A stretch of 64,000 nt of DNA from Piromyces finnis finn (GCA_002104945.1 MCFH01000016.1:124001-188000), one strand, 5' to 3'. Shown: positions 12,834 through 32,359, counted from the first letter of the stretch. Numbers and translations: made by a program. Notes: a model not told the origin generated them from the letters alone.

Positions 12834-14125
12834 TTTGTTCTAATTTTTTTATTTAGGATAAAAAAAATGCTAAATTTTTTTTTTAAAAAAGTAAAATTTT
12901 TGATTTTAATATATTATATTTTCACTTCGGTTTTCCTATATTAATGTTATCAATATTATTTATTATTTAGTTATTAATTATTTTGGAAATATTATTATAT
13001 GGCTTGAGAAGATCAACCAATCACATCTATGATTTTTTATTTTATTTTACCCAATTAACCTTATATAATAATTTATATTCAAATTTAAAATGATGTCACT
13101 GTAATATATCAATTATCTTTTAAAAGAATATATCTTTAATCTTTAAAAATGATTGGATTGTTAATTTATACATTATATACAATAAATTTAAGATGTATTT
13201 TATCATATTTTTAAAGTATTACTTAATAAAATAATATTTAATTTAAAGATAATAAAGAAAATTACTAATTAAGAATATAAAGAAAAATTTATCTCAATGA
13301 TTTTATTATCAGTTTTATAAATTAAAAAAATTTATTATTTTACTAAACTTCTAATATTTAAAATTTCATAAACATTCAAAATTCATGTGATATACATAGA
13401 ATATTATAATATATAATAAAAACTTGTATTATTTACATTATTTCTTACAATTTATTAAGTTTATTTTTATGTATGTACAAACACATAAATAATAGAAAAA
13501 TTAAAATAAAAAAAAAAAAGAAAAATCTTTAAAAATTTAATAATATAATAATATAATATATTTGATATTTTGTTTTTAAAATATTTCATTAAATATAAAA
13601 TTTAATATTAAATTTTATTAATATTTCTTCATAATTTTTTTTATAATACTGCAAATAAATATTTTAAACCTAAATATTTCATATTCTAATTATTAATATT
13701 TTATTTATTTGAATAAAAAATTTATACATTATTTACCATTTGATTTAAATTAAAACAATGAAATAGATTAATTTGAATTATTATTTTTTAAGCAATTAAA
13801 CGAACTTATTAAAAGTAAAATATTTATATGAATATTTTCTTGTTGCTATTGTATGATTTTGATTTTAAAAATTATTATATAATCTAGTTTATAATGAATT
13901 TCAAAGATTTACCTCTTTAAAATTACAGATTTTAAAATTAAAACTTCCTCTAAAATATTTTAAAATAAATTTTTATTAAATATTCTTAAAAAATTTAAAT
14001 TATTATTATAATAAAAAATAAACCTTTTTATAATAATTTAAAAATTTTTGAAATATTATAATTATATATATATTAGTTTATTATTACAATGTTATTAATT
14101 TTTTATAATTATTTTTAAAAAAAAG

Positions 14126-14192
14126 CCAATAATTTTATAAATTTTTTATTTTTAACCAATAAATCCATAGAAAAAATGTTTTTTTAGCCAAT
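14126..14192 (+). promoter_or_regulatory. Three CCAAT boxes upstream of RPL3
   Basis: CCAAT at 14126, 14156 and 14188 (spacing 30 and 32 bp), about 90-150 bp upstream of the ATG in an otherwise GC-poor stretch. Confidence 0.5.
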
Positions 14193-14279
14193 GAAATACA
14201 ATGCTTTTATGTATAAAACAAAAATACTTTACTAATCTTTAAATATCTTCCTCTTTAATTTATATTAAATTACGATAAA

Positions 14280-15560
14280 ATGGTTTGTGTTATTTTTATA
14301 TTTAGATGTTGTTTATTAATAATAATTGTTTATATTTTATGATTACTAATTTTAATTTTTTAAATTCAATTATAAATATTATAGTCTCATCGTAAGTACG
14401 AGTGCCCACGTCACGGTTCCCTTGGTTTCTTACCACGTAAGCGTGCTGCCCGCCACAGAGGTAAGGTTAAGACTTTCCCAAAGGATGACTCCAAGAAGAA
14501 CGTTCACCTTACTGCTTTCCTTGGTTACAAGGCTGGTATGACTCACGTTGTTCGTGATGTTGAACGTCCAGGTTCTAAGTTAAACAAGACTGAAGAAGTC
14601 GTTGAAGCCGTTACCATCATCGAAACCCCACCAATGGTTATTGTTGGTGTTGTTGGTTACATTGAAACTCCACGTGGTCTTCGTAGTTTAACCACTGTCT
14701 GGTCCGAACATCTTTCCGATGAAGTCAAACGTCGTTTCTACAAGAACTGGTACCACTCTAAGAAGAAGGCTTTCACTAAGTACGCTAAGAAGTACGCTGA
14801 AGCTGCCAAGCCAATTGAAAGAGAATTAGAAAGAATCAAGAAGTACTGTACTGTTGTCCGTGTTCTTGCCCACACTCAAATCCGTAAGGTTAGTGTTGGT
14901 CAAAAGAAGGCTCACCTTATGGAAATCCAATTAAACGGTGGTTCTATTGCCGATAAGGTCGATTTCGCTAAGGCTAACTTCGAAAAGACCATTGACATCA
15001 AGTCTGTCTTCGCTGAAGGTGAAGTCATCGATACTATTGCCGTTACTAAGGGTCACGGTTACGAAGGTGTTACCCACCGTTGGGGTACTACCAGACTTCC
15101 ACGTAAGACTCACCGTGGTCTTCGTAAGGTTGCTTGTATTGGTGCCTGGCATCCAAGTCACGTTATGTTCTCCGTTGCTCGTTCCGGTCAAGATGGTTAC
15201 CACCACCGTACTGAAATGAACAAGAAGATCTACCGTATTGCTAACGGTTCTGATGCCAAGAGTGCTTCCACTGAATTCGATATCACTGAAAAGAAGATTA
15301 CCCCATTAGGTGGTTTCCCACACTACGGTATTGTTAACGAAGATTTCGTTATGATCAAGGGTTCCTGCCCAGGTGTTAAGAAGAGAGTTATCACCCTTCG
15401 TAAGTCTGTTCTTACTTACGCCAGCCGTGCTGCTGCTGAAAGCATTAACCTTAAGTTCATCGATACTGCCTCCAAGTTCGGTCACGGTCGCTTCCAAACT
15501 GCCGAAGAAAAGGATGCTTTCATGGGTACTCTCAAGAAGGATATCGAAAAGAAGAACTAA
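14280..15560 (+). CDS. RPL3: 60S ribosomal protein L3 (uL3)
   Basis: ATG-only exon 14280-14282, intron 14283-14384, exon 2 14385-15560: [35 protein letters not shown]...[29 protein letters not shown]. Very strong codon bias. Confidence 0.99.
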
Positions 15561-15853
15561 GTGTATTTATATTATTAAAAGTATCTTCTTAGAAAGTAAA
15601 TTGTTTTATAACAATTGAAAATAAAAATAAAATAAAAAAAATAAAAAAAAATAATATATTTTTTTTAATAGTGTTAATAAATTTTTTTGTGTATAATTAA
15701 GAGTAAATTAATGTAAAATTATTATAAATTATTATTTAAAAAGGTATTTTATTTTTTTTTAAATAGTGGTTAATTAATGAATTTACATTTCATTTTTAAT
15801 TTAAAAAAGTAATTAATGGTTTTAAATGTTTAAGACAATTTAAAAGAATGTTT

Positions 15854-21669
<5,816 letters not shown>

Positions 21670-23461
21670 TATAATTGGAGGTAAATGAAAATTATCTAAT
21701 TTTTTTTTATTTCTTACTTTTTTAATTAATATATAAAAAAAAATAGTATTAATAAAATGTTAATTTAATTTTATTATAAATTAAATGAATATATATATTA
21801 AAAGAAATTTAGTATATTTTTGAAATACTATTAATGGTATAATTTATTATAGTATTTCTTAAAAAAAAAAAAAAAAGAATTTAAACATTTAAGAAAAGTA
21901 GTAATAATAAAATATTTTGAAATTATAATAAAACATGGTTTTTATCAATTATATAAAATAATATTATAATCAATTTTATTATTATTATTATTATTATTAC
22001 CATTGGAAGTTTCAAATTGTGTATTAAAGCTTAACATTCTTTATATTAAACATTTAAATATAGTTGTGAATTATTTCTTTATATATTACATATAAAGATT
22101 ATATAAAATAAACTTTTTGTTTACTATATCTTTTACTTTTTATTTTAAATCTTTCTAAAATATTTTCATTATTCTATAAAAAAAAATAGAAGAAAAAAAG
22201 AAAAAAGAATTAAATTGACCTTGAAGTTTCTCTTTTGTTAAAATAATCAAAATTTCTTTTATTAAATTAATACATCAAATAAAATTAATTTTCGTCAATT
22301 CAGCAGCAAAAAATAAAAAAAAAATAATCAATAATAATAATTAACATCAACATCAATATAAATTTTAATTATTTATGTTATTTTTTTATAATAAATAATA
22401 ACAAAATAAATTAAAAAAAGTCTAAATTATATTAAAAATTTTAAAAAATAATTTAATTAAAAAAAATATAAAAATATTTATTAATGTTATTATATCATAT
22501 GATTTTATTATAATAATAAACTAACCCTTAAATATTTTACGGGTTAAGTTATAGTAAATTTGATAAAAAATAATATGTAGAAAATACAATAAATATAATG
22601 AAATCTTTCCTTTTATATTATTATATAAAATAAAATAAGAAAAAAAAAAAGTTATTATATTTTAAAAAAAAGATATCATCTTTACGATAATGCAAGATCT
22701 TTTACCTTTACTTTTTTCTCTTATCTTCAATATCAAAAAAATATATATATATAATTATAAATTTAAACTTTTGTAATTTAATGCAATATTTATTTAAAAT
22801 AATAACAACCATTTAATAAATTATATAAAAAAAGATTTGAGTGAAAAATGTAATTAATAGTATACAAAATGTTAAAATATATAATATTATGATATAGATA
22901 ATAATTAAATACATAAAAAATGCTAGTATTTATTATTTTATCTAAAGTAGTGTAATTGCTAATTATTAAAAATTAATAAAATTAAAAAATATTTTTATTA
23001 AAAAAAAATTAATATTATTTATTATAAAAGAGTTTTTTTTTTTTATTTTTAATACTTATTTATAATGAATAAATTATTTTTTCTTGAAAATTTATAATTA
23101 AATAGAAATGTTGAAATAAAATAATTGATAATTAACAATTTTATATTAAGGTTTGATTTATTTTTCTATTTTTACTTGTTGTAGACTTTTGTATTATAAA
23201 TATTTTATAAATTTAAAATTTTTTAAAAATAAAAAAAAAAAAAAAATGTAAAAAATATATAATTTTATTGTATATTATAACCCAAAATAATATAAATTAA
23301 ACTTATTTTGAAATTATATAAAAGTAAAAATTATGTTTTTCTTTTTTTTCTATTTTAAATATTAAAATATTCAATTTGATTTTATAAAGATATAAAATTT
23401 AAATATAAATTAAATTAGTTAATTTAAAGATATTTTATTTTCTTTTATTTCATTTGAAAAC

Positions 23462-25911
23462 ATGGATAACGTAAACCTTTATTCTGATACTGTAAATATT
23501 AATACTGAAGTTAATACAGATCCAGTAATTTTCAATTATGATTATTCGAAAGTTAAAGCTCCAGGAAGAGATTTAAATGCTATTAGTAAAGTCGAAATAA
23601 AATTTTCATGTAAAAATCTTCCAAATTTAGATGCTGTTTCGAAATCAGATTGTAGAATATTTGTTTATTTCCAAGAAAGAAAATATGAAAATAACCAAAT
23701 TTTTACAAATTGGGTAAAAATTGGTTCTACCGAAACTATTAAAGATAATTTAAACCCAGAATTTTCAAAGTCATTCATTTTTGATTATTATTTTGAATGT
23801 GTAAGTATTATGTATATATTATATATATATATAATATAAATATATTTATAATATATGTTTATTTTTTTTTGAAACCTAATTATTTGAAGATCCAAAATTT
23901 AAGATTTGTCATTATGGATATGGATGAAGAATGTGTTAATATGGAAGACAATGATTATATTGGTTACGTTGAAGTATCTATTGGTGATATGATCACTAAA
24001 GCTAAGGATAATGCTTGCTGCTTTAAAATTAATAATGATGTACCACTTGGTATGAAATTAAAAAAGAATTCACACAACACTAAAAATTCAGAATTAAAAG
24101 TATACATTGAAATATTAAAAGATAATAATTTATATGCTTTAATGGATATTTGTGGAAAGAATTTAGATAAAAAGGTATTAATAGATAGTAATTTAAAAAA
24201 AGAATTATTTAATTATATATATAGTTTCAAATAAGAAAATTATTTTTTAAACAAATGAAAATATTAAATATTTTTTTTTTTATTAAATAGGATCTTTTTG
24301 GTAAAAGTGATCCATATTTTATTGTTTCAAAAAAAACAGCAGATGGTAAATGGTTAAAAGTTTATCAAAGCACCATGATTAGAAATACATTAAATCCATC
24401 ATGGCCAAAAGTTGATATTCCTCTTCTTCAATTAAATTCTGGTGATGATAAAAGATTATTAAAATGGGATGGTAAAAATAATAATTTTATTACTTTATTT
24501 AAATAATATATATATATATTGTTTATCACTGTTTAATTAACGTTATATTATATTGAAATAAGTTTATGATTGGGATAAAGATACTGATCCAGATTACATT
24601 GGTGGATTTGAGGCAACTTTTGAAGAAATTAAACAAAAGAAAGAATTTGAATTGATTAATAATAAGAAGGTAGAAAAGAGTGAAAAGAAAAAAGAAAAAG
24701 ACGGTAAAAAATACAAAAACTCTGGATTATTAATATTTAACCGTATTGATATAAAGGAAGAACAATCATTTTCATGCTTTACTTTAGGTGGAACTGAAAT
24801 TGCTGTTGATTTTGCTATTGATTTTACCGGTAGTAATGGTAAATAGCAAATTATTTATAATAAATAAAAAATTTTGATTATAGTTCTTTTTATTAATAAA
24901 TATGGTATGTGAAAAATATAATATATAATATATACCTATTTATTTTATTATAGGTGATCCTGATGAAGAAACATCTTTACATTACATTAATCCAAAATAT
25001 GATCCAATGGATTTCTATTCAATGAATGATTACCAAAAAGCTATATCAGCCATTGGTTATGTTCTTGAACCTTATGATTCTAATAAATTAATAGGTGCAT
25101 ACGGTTATGGTGGTTGTTTCAATAAGAGTGACACTCCAGAATTTTCTCACCCATTAACTAATGATCCAGATAAACCAAATGTTTTGGGTACTAGAGGTGT
25201 TTTAGATATTTATACTCATGCTCTTAAAAATGTTAAACTTTGTAAGAATCGTTTAATAATGTTTATATCCTATTTATCAATAACATAAACATAATAAATA
25301 TAATTAACTAATATGTTTATTTTATATTTTTGTTATATATAAATGAACAATGTAACTTTAAAAATTTATACATATATTAAAATATTAAGATGGACCAACA
25401 AACTTTGCTCCAATGATTGGAAAAATAAGAGATGAAAGTGAAAAAAATGTTTCAGATGCTTCTATCAATGGTCATAGAATCCTTCTTAAATACAACATTT
25501 TAGTATTTATTACTGATGGTGCCATCACTGATATGGAAGAAACCTTAAATGAAATAAAGACTGCTTCCAGTTATCCAATGTCAATTATTATTATTGGTGT
25601 TGGTAGTGCTGATTTTGATAAAATGAAGAAATTAGACGGTGACGACAGAACCTCTGAATTCAGAGATATCGTTCAATTTGTACCATTAAAGTATGAATAA
25701 TTATATATAAAATTTAATTTCATTTAATATTATAATCTAACAATCCATACTAAATATTTATTTTATAAAAATGCTATTATTTGAAAGTGAATTCATTGAC
25801 AATCCAAGTAAAATTGCTGCCGAAACTTTAGCAGAAGTACCATTCCAATTAACAAGTTATGCTAGAAAAAATGATATTTATCCACCATTTGCTGTCCGTA
25901 GCAAAAATTAA
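23462..25911 (+). CDS. Copine (C2A-C2B-vWA, Ca2+-dependent phospholipid-binding protein)
   Basis: Multi-exon. C2A: FSCKNLPNLDAVSKSDC...ETIKDNLNPEFSKSF...DMD...DYIG. C2B: NLDKK|DLFGKSDPYF...NTLNPSW...YDWDKDTDPDYIG. vWA: AIDFTGSNG...EPYDSNK...FITDGAITD...SIIIIGVGSADF...RDIVQFVP...AETLAEVPFQL. Stop at 25909-25911. Confidence 0.95.
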
Positions 25912-26077
25912 AATTAATAAAAATAATAATAAAAAAATAATAATCTCTAAATAATAAATAAACAAAACCAATAATTTAAAAAAAATTTTTAAAATAAAGA
26001 CAATACATTTTAATTCAATTTAAATTTTTATTCAAATTTATTAATAATTTAATGCTTATAAAATACAAAAATTTAAA

Positions 26078-27097
26078 TTAATTCATTTTTTGAATTAATT
26101 CATTAATTTCTTCACCACGATTACCAGTTTCCTTATAGGAAATAAATGGTGTTCCCTTCTTTCCTAAAATACTATTATTTGGATTAACCAATTTGAAAGC
26201 ATATAAGAAGTTATTAACAAACTTAAAGTTTGGACCAAGTGTAAATATTTCATGTACTATATCTTCCATACATATAATATTATATTTTCCTAATTCTTTT
26301 TCAATGAGAGTATTATCAGTTAATGGAACCTTCTCATTCTTGACCTTTGTGTATCCTCTTTTGTAGATTAATTCCCTTACAGATTTAATATTTGGGGTAC
26401 CATATACAACATAAGGTTGTATCATATTTAACATTGTTACGGTAGCTTTATTTAACTTTATAAATCTTCCATTATATAAATTATTTAACTTTAATAATTT
26501 AAAAATTTTCTTGATTTTATCTGGTAATTTTCCGTGACCTCTTACTCTTATAACGAAGGCAAGAGTTGGTTCTTCTGGAACATCAAGCTTCTTATTAGAT
26601 TTAGCTAATCTATCCAAACGCTTATTTTCATTTTCTAAAGTTCTATATTCTCTTACAAATTGTTCAGCTCTTTTAAAGTTTATCTTCTTTTGAGTTTTTC
26701 CTTTTTTCTAAAATAAAATAAAATATTTATTTAGTAAACTGTTTTAATTAAATATTTTATATATTTAATATAAAATTGATCATTATCAGACCCGAAAGAT
26801 GGTATAACGTGATAACTACATCGCATATTACAGCTTCGTTATTCGGGTATATTTTCATCATTAATGATCTTATTTTATATCTACATCTTTAAAAGAATTT
26901 TAAAACTTACTTGTTTCTTTAAAAGAGATGCAGCAGCTCTTTCTGCCTTTATTTTTTCTAAATGCTTTCTCTTTTTTAATAATACTTCAGAAACAGTATT
27001 TTCTGCTGTTTTTAAACTAAATTATTTTAATTATTAAATGAAATAAAAACAATTTGTAAGTACGCAAATATTTATATTTTTGACGTAGTATACACAT
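26078..27097 (-). CDS. RLP7: uL30-family protein, probably the ribosome-biogenesis factor Rlp7/RPL7L1 rather than canonical RPL7
   Basis: Inferred exon 1 ATG-T (27094-27097) gives MSENTVSEVLLKKRK...KQ|KKGKTQKKINFKRAEQFVREYR...LAFVIRVRG...LIYKRGY...IICMEDIVHEI...GNRGEEINELIQKMN*. It diverges from canonical L7 (LLKLNNLYNG versus LLRLRQIxNG) and lacks the ribosomal-protein codon bias seen in RPL3. Confidence 0.75.
26778..26869 (-). ncRNA. Intronic box C/D snoRNA, snR39B/SNORD2-like (predicted guide for the LSU rRNA Gm805 equivalent)
   Basis: Lies in intron 26708-26910. 8-bp terminal stem GATCATTA/TAATGATC, box C ATGATGA (26855-26861), box D CTGA (26786-26789). The guide ACCATCTTTCGGGT is complementary to the conserved LSU rRNA segment ACCCGAAAGAUGGU; the D+5 rule selects the G of CCCG. 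Confidence 0.85.
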
Positions 27098-28095
27098 TGT
27101 TATTAGCTGCTTTCAAATAATAAATTTAAAATAACATCTTTAATAATTTTCATTGAAGAAACCTTTATTTTAGAGGTCGCATCAACAATTCCTTAATAGT
27201 AATATTAAGAACTCCTACTATAAAAAATATAATTTTTTATATTTTTTAATGATTTTAAGGATAAAAGAAACTTCGCTTCACGATTTCCTTTAACATCCCA
27301 TCTCCTCAGTCTAATTACCAGTTAATGACTAAGATTTCCAATAAAATGTATTTTAATCCTTTTGCGAATACATTCTAATTAACAACGCCTACTTCGTATG
27401 TATTTTACTTAATATTTTGATTATTATTTTACATACACCATGATGGATATTATATATTATCTTAATTTTTTTAACTAATGCTTAAACTTTAAAGAATTTT
27501 TTGGCCTTTTAAGCTTTTTTTTTTTTTTTTAAAAAAAAGCCACAAACCAATCATTTTAGAATATTTAAATATATATTTGAGTATTCAAATTTAATTTGTT
27601 AGTTAAAATTAATTAACAAAACAATGTACATTAATTAACTACATTATAATGTAACACCATCGTACAATAATGTACAATATTGTAATATTAAATCAATAAA
27701 AATACAGAAAAATTAAATATATGTATATTTAATAAAATGAAAGTATAAAGATTAAGTTAAGGAATATACAAAATTTATATTAAAATTAAATTATCTAATT
27801 ATATTATATAAATAAATATTTTAAATAAAAGACACTAAATTTATAATATATTATTATAGTGTTCTTGGTTTTAAAGTTTTTTATTATTTTAAATTTTTTA
27901 TGGTATATATACAAAAACTAATTATAATTTAATCCTCAAAAATTATAATTATTGCATAAGTATTTTTAATATTTACAATTTACAATATTAATAGTTCTCA
28001 TTAATTATTTAATATGAACTATTATAAATGTTTAATTTTATTTTTATAATAAAAAGATAGTAATCATAGTTATAGTTAATAGATTATGTTATGTC

Positions 28096-28335
28096 TTAAC
28101 ATGGATATAATCTATTTCTATTACTATTAGGTGATTGCATAGATGATATTACATCTTTTATTATTAAAGTTGATTGAGTATTACAGTTAAATCCAATATT
28201 ATTTTGTGATAAAGAAACATATCTATTTAATGAGCTTCCTAAAGAAGATGGATTACGAGTACCATTATTATTGTTTCTTGGATAAACAGGGTCTAAGGTA
28301 ACAGCAAGAGACATAAACTGAGATGGTGCAATCAT
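28096..28335 (-). CDS. Hypothetical 79-aa Ser/Asn-rich protein (orphan ORF)
   Basis: ATG-initiated intronless ORF with clearly higher GC than its flanks; no recognisable domain. Confidence 0.4.
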   Translation of the reverse strand: MIAPSQFMSLAVTLDPVYPRNNNNGTRNPSSLGSSLNRYVSLSQNNIGFNCNTQSTLIIKDVISSMQSPNSNRNRLYPC

Positions 28336-29712
28336 TTTCTTATTTTATATTTATTTAATTGTTATTTATTTATTATAGAGTACTAATTGAAATAGTTACA
28401 ATTTTAGTTTTCTTTTTATAATTAAGTAACTCAATTTAATTATGAATTTAATTATTATATATATTTATTTTACAGTATTTTTTATATTTTACAATGTATC
28501 TTTTATATATTTTATAAATTTCTTTTTTTATTTTTCTACTTAATGAAGACACTAAACAAAAGGTGTAAATTGTTGTTTTTATACAAAACTGTTATTTTTG
28601 TTATTTTTAATAATTATAATTATTTTCATAAAATTTAATGTTACTAATTTAATTAAATAGTTAATTAGTTAATATATTAATTTCAATTAATACATATTTT
28701 ATATATATAAACAATATATAAACAACATATTAAATTATTAAATAAAAAATTTTAATAATTAAATAATGTTTTATTGTTATTAGTAATCTCCTATAAACAC
28801 CCAGTTAATAATAATTATTTTTATTTTCTCATTCATTATAATTTACCGTTATATTAGCATAAAATAAGGAGTGAATATCATTTTATTAATCACTTGGTAT
28901 ATTTGGAGTCATAAATAAATTATAATGATATGTCATAAATAAAACTTGCCATATTAGTGTAAAATTTAAAAAGTCATAATTTTAAAATATAATAAATTAG
29001 AGAAACTCCCTCAATTTGTTTGTTGATTAATCAAATAATATTTTTACCATTTATAGAAATATATTTACGGCAGTAGAGATGAACTTAACTATTATATGTT
29101 TTTCTTTTAAATTAATATTAAAGAAAGTAGTGATGAAAAGAAAAGATATACTATATTGCATTTTTTTTTTTTGTTATGTTGTTGTCAATGTCTAAATAAT
29201 AAATAGAATCATTAATAGTATTACAATTATTTCATATTTAAATATTTATTATAAATAAATTTAAAAGGTTATTAAAGTAATAAATCACCTTTTTTTTTTC
29301 CTTAAAAATATTACTAATGAACTTTAAATCAATAAAAAGTATAATAAATACTTTTTATTTATAAAATAATATGGTTAAAATTATATTAAATATCATAACA
29401 TAGATTTAAAGAATTTTATTAAATATGTTTTATGAAAAAAAATGGAATAATGGATAATTATGTTTTAAATAATAAATCTTTTTTAAACCTATCAATTCAA
29501 AGAAATAATAATAATTTAATTTATCATGTTTATTATTCTTTTTGAAAATTTGTTTATATTGTTATATTAAACCAAATATTAAAGGTTTTATAAGAAAAAT
29601 CTTATTAATTAAATTTATAATTTATGATTTTAATATTTCATTAATTTGATAAAAAAACAATATTATTAACATAAAGTAATGTTTTCAATATTTTAATGAT
29701 AATTAAAGCAAT

Positions 29713-29934
<222 letters not shown>

Positions 29935-30159
29935 TGTAATCTAAAAAATTAGTTTGATTAAATTTTAATAAAAATTAAATATGCTTTATTATTATTATTG
30001 TTTTTTTAAACTGTACAGTAGTTAATAAATAATACACATTGAAATTTGATAAATAGATTTCTAACAAATAATTAAACTAGGTATTTATATATTAAATTAA
30101 ATAATTAAATATATATATTCTAAATGAATTAAACTTGTTTCAAAAGTTGATGGTAATCC

Positions 30160-32359
30160 CTAATATAAATTTAGTTTTGTAACTATGCCTACACGAATAT
30201 TTTGATCAAATGAAGTAAATGCACAAAGTCCTTCTTTATCACTGTTCCAGCTTAGTGATGAAACTGGTTGTTCTGCAACTTTTGCAGTAGCTAATAATTC
30301 TACTGTACCTGGAACACCTTCTTCTTCATTTTTATTATTTTTATGTACACGACTACTTGGATAATTACTATAAGAATATATTAAAATAATTATTATTATT
30401 TTTTTTTTTTAATTTTTATTATAAAGGAATGCTTATTTTTAAAATGAATTATTATTTTTATTTTGTATTTTTTTACTTACTATTTATATAAATTAAGAGA
30501 ACCATTTCCTCCAGAAGTCATAAATATATCACGATTTTGTGGTAAATGTTTAACTGTCCAAATTGTTGTGTTATCACTTAACTATTTATTTATGAATAAT
30601 TATATAGTTATTATTATTTAAAATCCTTTTTTTTTAAATTAATATTTATTTGCCAATTTATTGTTAATGTTTTTTGATAATTTACCTTTGTTACAGTATT
30701 TGCAAATCCCTTTTCTGGGTTTAATGTTCTTAAATCAAAAGTATAAAAGGTTGATTCTAACGATGTAACTACCATTTTATTCATTTTAATATCACCTCTA
30801 TCAAATTCTATAGCACAAACCTTTTGTTATTATTATTTATGATAAAAGTATAATTAATATTTAATAGTATTAAACTAAATTGATATATATATATATATAT
30901 ATTTAATATGTATTATATAAATAATTATTATTAAAATTTTAAATACCCCGTTTTTAATATTTGTTTCCCATAATAGACTCATATTTCTTAGATCGAACAT
31001 TTTTACATCACCATTATCATATCCTGAACATAACATTCTTTCATCATCATTAAATGAGTTACCTAAAATAATATTAATTAGTAAGTATATATAGTAAAAA
31101 ATTTAAAATTTTAATATGTACCGAATGCAACTGCCCAAGTATCTCTATCTCCTTCTTTTTTTTCTGGTGCAATAGTTACAACAGGTTTATCACGTTGTCT
31201 TACATCCCATACTTTTACGGAACCTTTTTTTTTTTTTTTTTAAATAACAATATTAGCAAATTAACTATTTTATCCATAATAATAATAACAATAAAAAAGA
31301 ATATAAAGAGAGAATAAAATTTTATATATTACCATCTCTACTTCCTGTAGCAATTTCTGGTGCTCCGCAATTAATGCCGATACCCCCAGCACCATCAATA
31401 CAGTTAATAATTTGATCATGTGCTTGAACAGAATATACAGGAAGCTCAGTATGATCCAAATCCCTTAATAATATATATTATCATCCAAGTATAATATCAA
31501 GTATAATATAGTGATAATTAATGAAAATTTTAGATAATAAAATCAATCCATTAATTCATTAATATATGTTTATATTGTATCTTTTCATTATATCGATTAT
31601 TATTAATTAAAATTATAATTCAATAGAGTTTTAATATTAATTATAGGGATTTGCTTATATACCATAATGATAGTCTTCCTGAAAAATCACCAGTAGCAAA
31701 ATGACGTGTATTTAAACTAGAGGCTCCAAAAGTTCCGCATTTAAAGGCATGAGGTTTTTCAGTCTTTTTTTTATTTTATTTTATTTTATTTTATTTATTG
31801 TTATTATTATTATTTTTTTTTCGATATATGTTATTGTTGGTGTTTTTAAGTTAAATTCAATTATTTTATTTTTTAAGTAATTCAATTTTACATTTATTTA
31901 TCGTTTCATTTAATTTCATTTTTAAAATAATACATTCATTATGAATAAAACATTTAAATAATTAAAAATAACAATTAATGCTTTTTATTTTTCTCATGTT
32001 ATAATTTATTTTTTTTATTTTTTTTTAATGTAAATATGTATATTTAATTGTGATTATTATAGGTATTCTAAAATTTTCTTATTACAATACCTCTTGAGTT
32101 ACTTTCAATTCTCCATTATCAATTTCATAAACCTGCATAACACCAGTACCTCTTGAATATTGTCCTAAAACAACAAAACGAGCTGAACATGGAACCCATT
32201 TTACATCAAATGCCGTGAAATTTAAAGACTTTTGTAAATGTGGTATAATTTGTGGTTTTTCTAATATAATAAATAATTATATAAATAAAATAAAACGTTA
32301 TTTATTTATTATTAACATTTAAATATTGTTATAAAAGTAATATTACCTGAAATAGTCAT
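30160..32359 (-). CDS. WDR92: WD repeat protein 92 (DNAAF10/Monad), axonemal dynein assembly factor
   Basis: Spliced: MTIS|[47 protein letters not shown]...[28 protein letters not shown]...[26 protein letters not shown]...[13 protein letters not shown]...[16 protein letters not shown]. Matches the WDR92 signature. Confidence 0.93.

Noticed and set aside
14931-15618. ORFs overlapping RPL3
   Set aside because: Shadow ORFs caused by strong codon bias.
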